Shown here: one piece after another, positions 9,346-18,145 of the stretch
Numbering within the stretch: the first letter of the stretch is position 1
How the letters are laid out: the number at the start of each line of letters is the position of its first letter
DNA from: a virus
Lineage: Duplodnaviria; Caudoviricetes
Virus record (IMG/VR): IMGVR_UViG_3300032285_003896
Span: 1 to 63,405 of that record
Length of the DNA: 63,405 nucleotides
Reading direction: 5' to 3' (one strand)
Made by a program: the position numbers and the translations under genes
The notes under the pieces: model-generated
What the model saw: the letters and a program-made list of their open reading frames with translations, nothing else
The model's database searches: none
Told to the model about the DNA's origin: nothing

Positions 9346-9587
9346 AAACAAAACCGCAGCAAGACTACATAATCTGCTATAGAGATGTCGACCCGTACAC
9401 TATGCATATCGATGATGAAGGTGAAGTGTGCAGGACCGGTACCCGTGCCGGAGCGGAAAAGATTATCGAGGCGCTAATGGAGTTTAATCTGAAGTCTAAA
9501 CAAGGACGTCCTAATAGAGAATACCACATAGTAATTCAAGAGAGTCGTGGCCCGATAGAGAAGCCCAATCCCTGGTGGACTTGGTAG
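9342..9587 (+). CDS. hypothetical protein
   Basis: ATGA-coupled ORF. Confidence 0.55.
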   Translation: MKTKPQQDYIICYRDVDPYTMHIDDEGEVCRTGTRAGAEKIIEALMEFNLKSKQGRPNREYHIVIQESRGPIEKPNPWWTW

Positions 9588-9595
9588 AACGAATT

Positions 9596-9695
9596 AGTCA
9601 GGTGGCGGAATTGGTAGACGCAATAGGTAAAAATGCCATACGGATGTTTACCCATCTTATGCAAAGGCTTACAGGTTCGAATCCTGTCCTGACTA
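9596..9695 (+). tRNA. tRNA-like RNA (Leu-type D and T arms) with a non-canonical anticodon region
   Basis: Acceptor AGTCAGG/CCTGACT+A, D arm GCGGAATTGGTAGACGC, T arm ACAGGTTCGAATCCTGT; the 49-nt central region has no canonical 5-bp/7-nt anticodon arm. Confidence 0.75.
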
Positions 9696-9757
9696 CTATG
9701 GATTTAAATAGCCCTATCTCATAGGGAATTAGTACATTTATATAAATAATAAAGGTT

Positions 9758-10651
9758 ATGAATCTAGGATACGCTTGCATAAACATGACACTAGGAAAGG
9801 CTGTAACCACTAATCGTGGTATGGTCAAGCGTACGTTTCTCGCGAAGGGCCCGGATTGGGTATCCGAACTGGCGCTTGCTAATTCTAAGGATATAATTAA
9901 AATCCTAGAGTGGAATAGATTAAACGGTATCCGGCTGTTTCGCTTGACGTCTGCCCTTATCCCTTGGGGAGATAGTCTAGATCTCACACAATTAAAAGAC
10001 TACGAAGAGATTCGGTCAGAACTTAAAAAAGCAGGTGACTTTGCCAGGTTTCATGGCATTCGTATCACTTCACATCCTGGTCCATTCAATGTACTTGTGT
10101 CTCCAAATGCTGCAGTTGTAGATAAAACAATTCAAGATCTGGAAATGCACGGCAAGATATTTGATATGATGGGACTCGATGAGACCCCGTATAACAAGAT
10201 CAATATACATTGTAATGGTGTGTATGGAGATAAGAAAGCTGCAATGGATAGATTCATTACAAACTTTAGGAGACTTTCCAAGTCTGTAAGGTCTAGGCTT
10301 ACTGTAGAGAACGATGATAAAGCTAGTATGTATTCTGTTATGGATCTGTGGTATATCTGGAGTAAGATAGGTATTCCTATTGTGTTTGATTATCATCATC
10401 ATGGTTTTTGTACAGGAGATCTTACTGAGGAACAGGCTTTAAAGTTGGCAGCAGAGACCTGGCCTAAAGGCATTAAACAGTTAGTCCATTATTCAGAATC
10501 AAAAGCTCTACATGAAGGGGATGCTAAACAAAAACCTCAAGCACATTCAGATTATATCAAGGCACTACCCAATACTTATGGTCTTGATGTAGATATTATG
10601 GTTGAGGCAAAAGCTAAAGAGTTAGCTATACTACCATTCATTAAAAAATAA
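9758..10651 (+). CDS. uvsE: UV-damage endonuclease
   Basis: LGYACIN, FRLTS, SHPG, VENDD, FDYHHH, HYSES, AHSD and EAKAKE motifs of UvdE. Confidence 0.95.
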   Translation: MNLGYACINMTLGKAVTTNRGMVKRTFLAKGPDWVSELALANSKDIIKILEWNRLNGIRLFRLTSALIPWGDSLDLTQLKDYEEIRSELKKAGDFARFHGIRITSHPGPFNVLVSPNAAVVDKTIQDLEMHGKIFDMMGLDETPYNKINIHCNGVYGDKKAAMDRFITNFRRLSKSVRSRLTVENDDKASMYSVMDLWYIWSKIGIPIVFDYHHHGFCTGDLTEEQALKLAAETWPKGIKQLVHYSESKALHEGDAKQKPQAHSDYIKALPNTYGLDVDIMVEAKAKELAILPFIKK

Positions 10652-10661
10652 AACCATATAT

Positions 10662-10880
10662 ATGAAAAACAAAAACCAAAGTTTTTTTATTCTAATTCTA
10701 TTTATGTTAGTCCTATCAACTACGAGTTGTAATGTTATCATGAAAGCCATTCATCCATTTAATGCACAGAATGACTGCCCTTCAAACAACCCTAAATACT
10801 TCTTTAAAAAGGCTGGCGCAAAACCTACTAAAGCTTATGTAAGAAATAATAGATTTACTCAAAGAAGATATAAGTATTAA
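10662..10880 (+). CDS. putative lipoprotein
   Basis: Basic N-terminus, hydrophobic stretch and TTSC lipobox of the Bacteroidota type. Confidence 0.55.
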   Translation: MKNKNQSFFILILFMLVLSTTSCNVIMKAIHPFNAQNDCPSNNPKYFFKKAGAKPTKAYVRNNRFTQRRYKY

Positions 10881-10881
10881 T

Positions 10882-11028
10882 ATGGAAACTAAACTCGTAA
10901 GATTTGCAAACGAATCTGAGTTTCTGGAAGCAGAAATAGACATGAGTCAGTTTATACCTGAAAAAGTATTTGATACAGAAGTATTTGGCTGGTATCAAGA
11001 CGTGGTATACATATCAATTAAAAAATAA
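10882..11028 (+). CDS. 48-aa hypothetical protein (not in ORF track)
   Basis: METKLVRFANESE...YISIKK fills the gap. Confidence 0.5.
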   Translation: METKLVRFANESEFLEAEIDMSQFIPEKVFDTEVFGWYQDVVYISIKK

Positions 11029-11031
11029 CCG

Positions 11032-11799
11032 ATGTCATCTAGTAATTTTTTTAATCCTAAGAGTAATCAAACTAATCTAAAGAAAGGATTTGTACACTTT
11101 AATGATCCAGGAGATAAACCCATTCTAGGACCTTTTCCAAGTCCTAGTCCAAGTCCTATGCCACTTCCGCCACTTCCGGATATAGTAATGTCAGGTTTAG
11201 TGCTGTGGTTAGATGCGTCTAGATATACTAGAGGTAATTGGGTAAGTTTAGTTGGTACAGATGTTGCAGTACTAACTAATGACTATGGAACAATTACTAG
11301 AGAGTCTAATAATGGTGGCGTGATCCAATCTACAGGCCTTAGTGATCAAGACGGATTTTTAGTAGAGAAGTATTACTCAGGAAGTTCTACAGTAATGACC
11401 GCAACTAAATATATGCCAGGAGGTGTTGATGGATATCAAGGCAGAGTAGTAGGTGCTTACTATAATAATTGGCTATTAGGAAACTGGAATGGATCCATTA
11501 ATCAATACTACGCAGAAGGTTGGATATACAATCCAGATGCACCAGATAATACTGATTGGAATATCTATACAGGAACTAGAAATAATTCTAATGTGTATAA
11601 ATTTTATAACGGATCAAATTTAATTGCATCAAATTCTAATGGTCTTCAAGGTCCAAATGGTTTAGGTATATTTAAACACGAATATTCAAACGAAGTAAGT
11701 TATGCTCAGTGTGGATTTGTATTAGTATATGATAGAGAACTTAGCAGCTCTGAAGTATTACAGAATTATGAAGGATATAAATCAAGATATGGATTATAG
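11032..11799 (+). CDS. LamG/concanavalin-like domain protein with Pro-rich linker
   Basis: SGLVLWLDAS...VYDRELSSSEVLQNY...RYGL signature; PSPSPSPMPLPP linker. Confidence 0.75.
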   Translation: MSSSNFFNPKSNQTNLKKGFVHFNDPGDKPILGPFPSPSPSPMPLPPLPDIVMSGLVLWLDASRYTRGNWVSLVGTDVAVLTNDYGTITRESNNGGVIQSTGLSDQDGFLVEKYYSGSSTVMTATKYMPGGVDGYQGRVVGAYYNNWLLGNWNGSINQYYAEGWIYNPDAPDNTDWNIYTGTRNNSNVYKFYNGSNLIASNSNGLQGPNGLGIFKHEYSNEVSYAQCGFVLVYDRELSSSEVLQNYEGYKSRYGL

Positions 11800-12019
11800 T
11801 AAAACTTGTTATACTTGTAATATTAAGTGGCCTTTGTTTATGTTTAAAAAAGATAGGCGAAAGTTCCAATTAAAAATTGCTTTAGGCAGAGTAAGAAACT
11901 GTAGAATTTGTACTCATAAAGAATCAAGAAATCCAGTTACTAGATTCAATTTTGATATTAATAAATTTGAAATAGTTAAATTGAATTGGAAACAAAGATT
12001 AAAAGAATTCCTTTCATGA
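11789..12019 (+). CDS. zinc-finger hypothetical protein (start revised)
   Basis: KTCYTC...NCRIC. Confidence 0.55.
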   Translation: MDYSKTCYTCNIKWPLFMFKKDRRKFQLKIALGRVRNCRICTHKESRNPVTRFNFDINKFEIVKLNWKQRLKEFLS

Positions 12020-12068
12020 ATTATTGGTTATTACAAGCAATCGTTAAACAAATTAAAGCAGAAAAGAA

Positions 12069-12314
12069 ATGAAAACTGCAATGCAAGAACTTATTGAGTG
12101 GGGAGATGGTATGCTTATCAATAATCCAAGTAAGTTATTAAGTTTTGGAGAGGCTATTGATAAAGCCGTAGAACTTCTTGAAAAAGAAAAGAAGCAGATA
12201 CTAGATGCTATGTTATATGCTCTTGATGAAGACGGGCATAATGGAGCATGGATGATTAATTTTGTTGAATCTTATTATAAAAAAATGTATGAAAAGGAAT
12301 CAAACTCTAAGTAA
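12069..12314 (+). CDS. hypothetical protein, 'QTAVEW...EKEQI' paralog family
   Basis: MKTAMQELIEW...LLEKEKKQILDA. Confidence 0.65.
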   Translation: MKTAMQELIEWGDGMLINNPSKLLSFGEAIDKAVELLEKEKKQILDAMLYALDEDGHNGAWMINFVESYYKKMYEKESNSK

Positions 12315-12432
12315 AGTAGAAGATCTAGGATTTTATATTGTTATGTCTATTGCTTCTGTAATAGGAGGATTTGGTATTTTAGGCTTAATAGCAAAATTAG
12401 TAATAGAAATATCAAGTATATTTAAGCATTGA
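12289..12432 (+). CDS. 47-aa membrane peptide (not in ORF track)
   Basis: GFYIVMSIASVIGGFGILGLIAKLVI TM segment. Confidence 0.45.
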   Translation: MKRNQTLSKVEDLGFYIVMSIASVIGGFGILGLIAKLVIEISSIFKH

Positions 12433-12436
12433 TTAT

Positions 12437-12673
12437 ATGATAGAAATATTAGGTTATATAGCAACAATAGCAACAATAGGATCATTCATGATCAAAGATA
12501 TGTTTCCTTTAAGGATTATGAATGGACTTGCATGCTTACTATGGATTGTATATGGTATTGTGAGACAAGATACCCCAATTATAGTAGTTAACACATCAAT
12601 CATGCTTATTAATCTAGTATGGATCTTTAAATATATAAAACAGTCTGGATATTTATATAAAAGTATAAAATGA
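12437..12673 (+). CDS. YgjV-like inner membrane protein
   Basis: LGYIAT...SF...LRIMNGLACLLWIVYG...PIIVVN, three TM segments. Confidence 0.65.
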   Translation: MIEILGYIATIATIGSFMIKDMFPLRIMNGLACLLWIVYGIVRQDTPIIVVNTSIMLINLVWIFKYIKQSGYLYKSIK

Positions 12674-13272
12674 ATTTAAGGAAATTATTATCAGAAGTTT
12701 TAAGTGAACTGAATCTTCCCAAGCCAGAAGATGCATACCCTTTTGATAGTATTAATAAATCTAGAGAAAAAGAAGGTCCTAATGCTAATGCAACAATGTA
12801 TTCATATAGATATACCAATAATAAAGGAGACGATATGGAGATCACTGTTCGTTGTGAGAAAGTTACAGATATAAATAATCCAGGACCGATGAGACCTAAA
12901 ATGACAGTTGCGTTCTCTAAATACGAAAAAGAACCATCAGAAGGTGAGTTGTATGCACGAATGTTAAGAAGAGACGATGATGAAGAATACGATGATGATC
13001 CAGATGACGAAAGAAAATATAGTGAAAAGACCGGAGCCGGTGATTTTATAAAAGTTTTAGCTACTGTAGTTGAGGCTGTAAAAAAGACTGCGGATGATTA
13101 TGCTAAAGGTATTGACAACATATATGAAATAGCATTTGCTCCATCAGATAAAAAAAGAAAGAGTGTCTATGACCACTATGTACAAAGTCTATTCCCTTCC
13201 TGGAAAAAAGATCTAACTAAAACTAGCAATTCCTGGATTTATTTAATCAACAAAAATTATAAAGGAAAGTAG
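12670..13272 (+). CDS. late protein, probably head-packaged
   Basis: ATATTTAT at 12649; N-terminal MNLRKLLSE. Confidence 0.6.
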   Translation: MNLRKLLSEVLSELNLPKPEDAYPFDSINKSREKEGPNANATMYSYRYTNNKGDDMEITVRCEKVTDINNPGPMRPKMTVAFSKYEKEPSEGELYARMLRRDDDEEYDDDPDDERKYSEKTGAGDFIKVLATVVEAVKKTADDYAKGIDNIYEIAFAPSDKKRKSVYDHYVQSLFPSWKKDLTKTSNSWIYLINKNYKGK

Positions 13273-13291
13273 AATATTTATTCTAAAAGCC

Positions 13292-13408
13292 ATGGCAAGA
13301 GCAAAGAAAACCTGGAGACCAATGAAATCCAGAAAGAACGGTCTAAAGCATCGAGACAGGATAAATGAGAATAATAAGATACTAAAAAGATTAAAAGAGA
13401 TCCACTAA
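13292..13408 (+). CDS. 38-aa highly basic late peptide (not in ORF track)
   Basis: MARAKKTWRPMKSRKNGLKHRDRINENNKILKRLKEIH after ATATTTAT at 13274. Confidence 0.5.
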   Translation: MARAKKTWRPMKSRKNGLKHRDRINENNKILKRLKEIH

Positions 13409-13424
13409 AAACGGATCTTTTTTT
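13396..13424 (+). terminator. intrinsic terminator
   Basis: AGATCC-loop-GGATCT hairpin followed by a T run. Confidence 0.5.
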
Positions 13425-13467
13425 ATTTAAATGGATTGTGTTATATTTGATTAATAAGAAACAAATT

Positions 13468-13875
13468 ATGGCACGATTTACATATTATACAGTGGGTTAT
13501 GGTGTATTTAGTTTGCTGGGTGAACGATACAGGATGGGTAGGATAGAAATATATGATAGCCAAGATGAAAGCGGTTACGCTGTCTCAGAAGGGGAATATT
13601 GTATGCCATTTGAAGCAGCCCGTAAATTTGAGGAATTTATAGAAGCCTTAACAACAGATCTACCAATACAAATAGATATAGGTTCAGTTAAATGGTGTAA
13701 TAAAGAATGCGCTGATGAATTAGGTATAGATCCCGAACTAATGCATGATGATGCAACTAAGAAAGCCTATTGGAGAAAGAAAAACGATATATATGCCGTT
13801 GAAAAAGGCTACAAAGATTGGGATGATTTAGTAGCACATTCAAAATTTGCACCTAAAAATAAAGAAAAGCTATGA
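13468..13875 (+). CDS. hypothetical protein (start revised to MARFTYY)
   Basis: Perfect Bacteroidota -7 box TATATTTG at 13442 precedes ATG 13468. Confidence 0.6.
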   Translation: MARFTYYTVGYGVFSLLGERYRMGRIEIYDSQDESGYAVSEGEYCMPFEAARKFEEFIEALTTDLPIQIDIGSVKWCNKECADELGIDPELMHDDATKKAYWRKKNDIYAVEKGYKDWDDLVAHSKFAPKNKEKL

Positions 13876-14081
13876 CAGCAGCAGAAAAAGCATATGAATT
13901 AGTCTTAAAATTCCAATTCAAGCAAGAAGGTATAAGGAAAGAACTTGCTAAGAGGAGTGCATTAATAGCAGTGCACGAAATGATGAGAATAGCTCCTTGG
14001 GGAGGTGATATAGATACACAAATAGAAGATGGTTCTAAAGAGTTTTATATGAATGTAAAAAAAGAAATAGAAAAACTATGA
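13872..14081 (+). CDS. hypothetical protein, 'EKAxELVxKF...EIEKL' paralog family
   Basis: Similar to 14282..14515. Confidence 0.65.
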   Translation: MTAAEKAYELVLKFQFKQEGIRKELAKRSALIAVHEMMRIAPWGGDIDTQIEDGSKEFYMNVKKEIEKL

Positions 14082-14278
14082 TATCAAAAGAAGACTATTG
14101 GAAGCAGGTAGATTATATAAACAGTATGAAATCAACTGTTACACTAGAACCTAAAATAATACCAAGTGAGAAGTTTACAGTTAAAATCAAATCAACAGAA
14201 AACATATTTTCCAGAATATGGCAAATGATTGTAACTCCTTTTACTTGGATATTTTTTGGCTATATTAAAATTAAATAA
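14078..14278 (+). CDS. hypothetical protein
   Basis: ATGA-coupled ORF. Confidence 0.55.
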   Translation: MISKEDYWKQVDYINSMKSTVTLEPKIIPSEKFTVKIKSTENIFSRIWQMIVTPFTWIFFGYIKIK

Positions 14279-14281
14279 CAT

Positions 14282-14515
14282 ATGACACCACAAGAGAAAG
14301 CAGCAGAATTAGTACGCAAGTTTAAACCATTGGTGACGTTTTCTATGGGCGTTGATCCCTCTTATGTATTAAGAATAGCTAAGAAATGTGCATTAGTGGA
14401 AGTGGATGATATATTAAAAGTTGTACAAAGCTTAAACAGACATGATACTGAATATATTAGGGATGAACACATTCCATACTGGGAGGAAGTAAAACAAGAA
14501 ATAGAAAAACTATGA
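14282..14515 (+). CDS. hypothetical protein, 'EKAxELVxKF...EIEKL' paralog family
   Basis: Similar to 13872..14081. Confidence 0.65.
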   Translation: MTPQEKAAELVRKFKPLVTFSMGVDPSYVLRIAKKCALVEVDDILKVVQSLNRHDTEYIRDEHIPYWEEVKQEIEKL

Positions 14516-14742
14516 GATGGAGAGGTAAGAAAGAATTACAAGACGGAGCTGAACGATTGCGTAAGCGATTTGCTTGGTTTCCTGTTGAAGTATCTACTCA
14601 AAGTAGTAAGAATGATAGATATTGGGTTTGGTTAGAAAGATACTATCAATATCAAAAATACTCAGTAAGTTATGACGTAATTGCAGGGGTAAGTGTTATG
14701 AGGTGGATAACAATTGATAATGTTATATGGGAAAATTTATAA
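14512..14742 (+). CDS. hypothetical protein
   Basis: FAWFPV...WVWLERY motif. Confidence 0.6.
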   Translation: MRWRGKKELQDGAERLRKRFAWFPVEVSTQSSKNDRYWVWLERYYQYQKYSVSYDVIAGVSVMRWITIDNVIWENL

Positions 14743-14745
14743 GTT

Positions 14746-15033
14746 ATGAAACAACAAACAGTAATAGAATACTTAATTGAGCAACTACCTATAAGAATGC
14801 AAAACTATCTACAAAAGGAGATAGAACAAGCCAAAGAAATGGAAAAAGCTCAACGCATCAAGGATTATAATGCGGGTTATGTTGATGCACAACTCAATCA
14901 TGTTAATGATGTAGAGAATTATGTTTATGAAAGTGAATACCTTAAATCAAGAATAGACGAGCTTGATAATCAAATAAAAGATAAGCAAAATAACATTGCA
15001 AATATGTTAATTAATGGAGAGTTAAATAAATAA
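14746..15033 (+). CDS. hypothetical protein, 'QTAVEW...AKEMEK' family
   Basis: QQTVIEYLIEQL...QAKEMEK. Confidence 0.65.
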   Translation: MKQQTVIEYLIEQLPIRMQNYLQKEIEQAKEMEKAQRIKDYNAGYVDAQLNHVNDVENYVYESEYLKSRIDELDNQIKDKQNNIANMLINGELNK

Positions 15034-15036
15034 ACT

Positions 15037-15270
15037 ATGACACAACAAGACATTGAAATCAAAAAAGTGCAAGCAAAAGAGATTGCTATTGCTACAAAGA
15101 AAACTCTATACACATGTGTCTATTGGAATAGCAATGGTGTGATGTTCACTAATTCTCCATCAGAAGATAAAAAATACCAAGAATCTTTAGCCCTAAGTAT
15201 GTCTAAGCACGCAGAACATACATGTATTTATTCATTCGATATTGATATACCCAATTTTAAAAATAAATAA
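15037..15270 (+). CDS. hypothetical protein
   Basis: AATAAACTATG leader. Confidence 0.55.
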   Translation: MTQQDIEIKKVQAKEIAIATKKTLYTCVYWNSNGVMFTNSPSEDKKYQESLALSMSKHAEHTCIYSFDIDIPNFKNK

Positions 15271-15273
15271 ACT

Positions 15274-15495
15274 ATGACAGTCAAAGAACTAATAGAACAA
15301 CTCAGTACCTTAGATCCAGAGATGCAGGTATTTACCACAGGTTATGAAGGAGGATTTGAATCAGTAGAGAATATTAATAGTATTGAAGATATTGTACTAA
15401 ACTACCATGAAGAATGGTACTACGGACCTCACGAAAGCATAAACAATGTCTCAAACTCAAAAGATTATACCACAGTTAAAGGATTAATACTATGA
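15274..15495 (+). CDS. hypothetical protein (MTVKELIEQL...GYEGG family)
   Basis: Common phage small-protein N-terminus. Confidence 0.6.
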   Translation: MTVKELIEQLSTLDPEMQVFTTGYEGGFESVENINSIEDIVLNYHEEWYYGPHESINNVSNSKDYTTVKGLIL

Positions 15496-15707
15496 AACAA
15501 ACAGCAACAGAGTGGTTATTCACTCAGTTATATGAAAAGTTTGAGATGAAGGGTGATGGTAAAGAGATGAATGCGATACTCGAACGGGCAAAGGAAATGG
15601 AGAAAGAGCAGATAATAAGTACCTACTTAGATGGAATAATACACCCTCTTGAGATGGAAGCAACTAAACAAGCTGAACAATACTATAACGAAAGATATAA
15701 CCAATAA
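15492..15707 (+). CDS. hypothetical protein, 'QTAVEW...AKEMEK' family
   Basis: QTATEWL...AKEMEKEQI...EQYYNE. Confidence 0.65.
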   Translation: MKQTATEWLFTQLYEKFEMKGDGKEMNAILERAKEMEKEQIISTYLDGIIHPLEMEATKQAEQYYNERYNQ

Positions 15708-15710
15708 ACT

Positions 15711-15869
15711 ATGTCACACTATATAGACGAAGAAGGTATACTAAAAATAGAAGTATTCACCATAAGTGCTGACTACAAGTTGCTTGACAAAGAAAGTAGA
15801 ATGGAAGTGCTTTCTTTGCTTAAGGATTGGCTTGATATGGAAGTAATTAAAATACAATTCGAAGATTAA
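15711..15869 (+). CDS. 52-aa hypothetical protein (not in ORF track)
   Basis: AATAAACTATG leader; fills the gap. Confidence 0.5.
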   Translation: MSHYIDEEGILKIEVFTISADYKLLDKESRMEVLSLLKDWLDMEVIKIQFED

Positions 15870-15879
15870 ACAAATAACT

Positions 15880-16146
15880 ATGACACAACAAACAGCAGTA
15901 GAATGGTTTTATCAAAGAATATTAGCGGAAGATATTAAATTAGTATTTGAACAAGCCAAACAAATGGAGAAAGGGCAGATAATGAAAGCATACGATGACG
16001 GAGCAATAGAAACAATGCAGGAACAAGAGGGTTTAGATATAAGTAAGGATCAGAATGGTGAAGAATCAGGAAGATACTACAATAAAACGTATAAGGAAGA
16101 TAAGCCAAAGAGAATCCATATAGAAAGAAGCCCGGAATGGCCATAA
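15880..16146 (+). CDS. hypothetical protein, 'QTAVEW...AKEMEK' family
   Basis: QTAVEWF...QAKQMEKGQI...YYNKTY. Confidence 0.65.
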   Translation: MTQQTAVEWFYQRILAEDIKLVFEQAKQMEKGQIMKAYDDGAIETMQEQEGLDISKDQNGEESGRYYNKTYKEDKPKRIHIERSPEWP

Positions 16147-16156
16147 ATATAAAAAC

Positions 16157-16774
16157 ATGATCATACATACAATATGGATAGGATCTGAGATACCTGTTAG
16201 ATACCATGGTAACTTAGATAGACTCAGGATCTTAAATCCAGGCTTTCAACACATACATTGGGGACAAAATGATATAATCAATATTTTGACATATTTCAAT
16301 TTAATAGAATTATATAACTCTATGCCTAGTTTTATAACTAAATTAAATTTAGCAAAGTATTTAATACTAGATAAATTTGGCGGCATATTCACAGACTTAG
16401 ATATAGAATGGAAAAAGTCATTTATAGAAATTATGAATGATCAGCAGTTTAATGATATAGATATATTACTAACACATCCAGCAGATACTCCACATTACTA
16501 TATAAATAATCAACAGGTTTATCTTTTAGATGATCCATTTATTATAGCTAGACCAAATCTACTTAGTCAATGTGTTGACTTTAGATTTAAAAGAGAGTTA
16601 AGAATAGATCCAAAAACAAAAGCTATACATAAAGCAGAACCTATAGGTCCTTTTCTATTAACAGAGTGGATCTATACTAATCAAATAAGGCACAGTGCAT
16701 TTAGCCAAACTGCATTTTTAAGTCTAAACGGTCTTTACGGATATCATCAACAGTTAGATCTGTGGAATAAATAA
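16157..16774 (+). CDS. GT32/OCH1-like glycosyltransferase
   Basis: IIHTIWIG...LNP...KYLILDKFGGIFTDLD (DxD)...IGPFLLT. Confidence 0.8.
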   Translation: MIIHTIWIGSEIPVRYHGNLDRLRILNPGFQHIHWGQNDIINILTYFNLIELYNSMPSFITKLNLAKYLILDKFGGIFTDLDIEWKKSFIEIMNDQQFNDIDILLTHPADTPHYYINNQQVYLLDDPFIIARPNLLSQCVDFRFKRELRIDPKTKAIHKAEPIGPFLLTEWIYTNQIRHSAFSQTAFLSLNGLYGYHQQLDLWNK

Positions 16775-16821
16775 AAAGATATCGACCGGCCCAAGAAATA
16801 ATAAATACTATAAACACCAGA

Positions 16822-17025
16822 ATGCCAGATAAGAATAATAAGGATAATAATCCAGATACACATCCAAAGGTATATATAGCCCTAAATAAAGCAGAGATAG
16901 AGGAATTAAAACAAAAGGTAAAAGAATACATAAACCATAATAATAAAGAAAAGGCAGCAGGTATACAAGAAGCCATAGACTGGATAATAGCACATGATAT
17001 ATACACAAGACCATGGACAAAATAA
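16822..17025 (+). CDS. hypothetical protein
   Basis: ORF on the dominant strand. Confidence 0.5.
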   Translation: MPDKNNKDNNPDTHPKVYIALNKAEIEELKQKVKEYINHNNKEKAAGIQEAIDWIIAHDIYTRPWTK

Positions 17026-17183
17026 AATCACGGCCACTTACCGATAAAGATAGAGAAGCCATAAGCCTATGGATACTAAAGGCCAAACAAGACAAGGCAC
17101 AAAGCTGGCTCGGTAAATGGTATTGGCAGATAAGAATAGATAAGGAAAAGAATAGGAATAGGAATAAGGCTGGAGAGATCTAG
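17013..17183 (+). CDS. 56-aa hypothetical protein (not in ORF track)
   Basis: MDKIKSRPLTDKDREAISLW...AGEI. Confidence 0.4.
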   Translation: MDKIKSRPLTDKDREAISLWILKAKQDKAQSWLGKWYWQIRIDKEKNRNRNKAGEI

Positions 17184-17197
17184 CCTTTCCCTTTTCT

Positions 17198-17235
17198 GCC
17201 AAACTAGTAGGTAAAACATCGCCAAACTAGTAGGT
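17198..17235. repeat. 15-bp direct repeat x2
   Basis: GCCAAACTAGTAGGT at 17198 and 17221. Confidence 0.8.
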
Positions 17236-17391
17236 GGATATATTTGGGTATAAAGATATAAAGATATACTAGGAAAAAAAAGTGTAGCTATAAAATATAA
17301 AGTGTAGGATAGTGTTAGAATGTGTCAATTTGTGTTAGAAAGTGAAAAAACTAGAATCTATAGCAAGGAGCTGTATCCTGCCCGCGTCACC

Positions 17392-17537
17392 TAAGTGATT
17401 GATTATCAACAGGTTAGGGATTATAAATAAAGATATACATAAAGTGTTGGTTACCAATAAAAACTTTTGAAAATAGTTACTCAAATATTTTTTTATATCA
17501 CTGGATTGTCTTACTTTTACTATATAACAAATCAATT
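17392..17537 (+). promoter_or_regulatory. early promoter cassette 3
   Basis: TAAGTGATTGATTATCAACAGGTTA at 17392; degenerate unit at 17440; CCAATAAAAACTTTTGAAAATA; TTGTCTTACTTTTACTATATAACAAATCAA. Confidence 0.75.
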
Positions 17538-17846
17538 ATGACTATGAACAGAATGACTATCCGCCTTACACACTCTAGATCTTATGCAAGACTTGCTAAA
17601 GCAGTTAAAGATATGAATGAGAATATCTATGGTTCTGATCTCTTTGCCGAAGACAGGATCGAATTTAAGGACATCTACGACAAGAACGGAAACTTAATGC
17701 ACTTTGAACTTACAGGAAGCCCTCTAGATATGTTCCAGATCGGCCTAAGATACGGACACATGGAAGAAAGGGAATACCTATCACCTTACTTAAACCAAAC
17801 CTATAAAGATATCTTTACTCCTACACCAGAAACCATTGCACAGTAA
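17538..17846 (+). CDS. early hypothetical protein
   Basis: First ORF after cassette 3. Confidence 0.65.
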   Translation: MTMNRMTIRLTHSRSYARLAKAVKDMNENIYGSDLFAEDRIEFKDIYDKNGNLMHFELTGSPLDMFQIGLRYGHMEEREYLSPYLNQTYKDIFTPTPETIAQ

Positions 17847-17868
17847 TTAAAAAATAAAAATATATAAT

Positions 17869-18078
17869 ATGAAGATGAATGAATTAAAGAGGCTAGCGAC
17901 AATGACTAGCACACAGTATCAGACAGAGAATCCTAATTATGAACCAATGTTCCCTGCCGGTTGGGTAGACGATAAGAATTGGCCTGATCTTACCTATAAC
18001 TATGAGGGCTTTAGGAAGACTCAGATCGAGATCGATGACTATCAAGAGCGTATGGCCGGCTGCTACGATACAGAATAA
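17869..18078 (+). CDS. hypothetical protein
   Basis: ORF with A-rich leader. Confidence 0.55.
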   Translation: MKMNELKRLATMTSTQYQTENPNYEPMFPAGWVDDKNWPDLTYNYEGFRKTQIEIDDYQERMAGCYDTE

Positions 18079-18120
18079 AAGTGTGGCACTTTGGGGATCG
18101 GCTACAATAGGTTGAATGAA

Positions 18121-18145
18121 TTGTCTTATATTTACTATATAACAA
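18121..18145 (+). promoter_or_regulatory. early promoter core
   Basis: TTGTCTTATATTTACTATATAACAA, same core as the cassettes. Confidence 0.65.

Noticed and set aside
9641-9660. TTA triplet in the hairpin loop as an ochre-suppressor anticodon
   Set aside because: Loop is 6 nt and misplaced relative to the D arm; genes end normally in TAA
9741-9748. Canonical T4 late promoter TATAAATA before uvsE
   Set aside because: Isolated sense-strand hit in AT-rich DNA; structural genes use ATATTTAT instead
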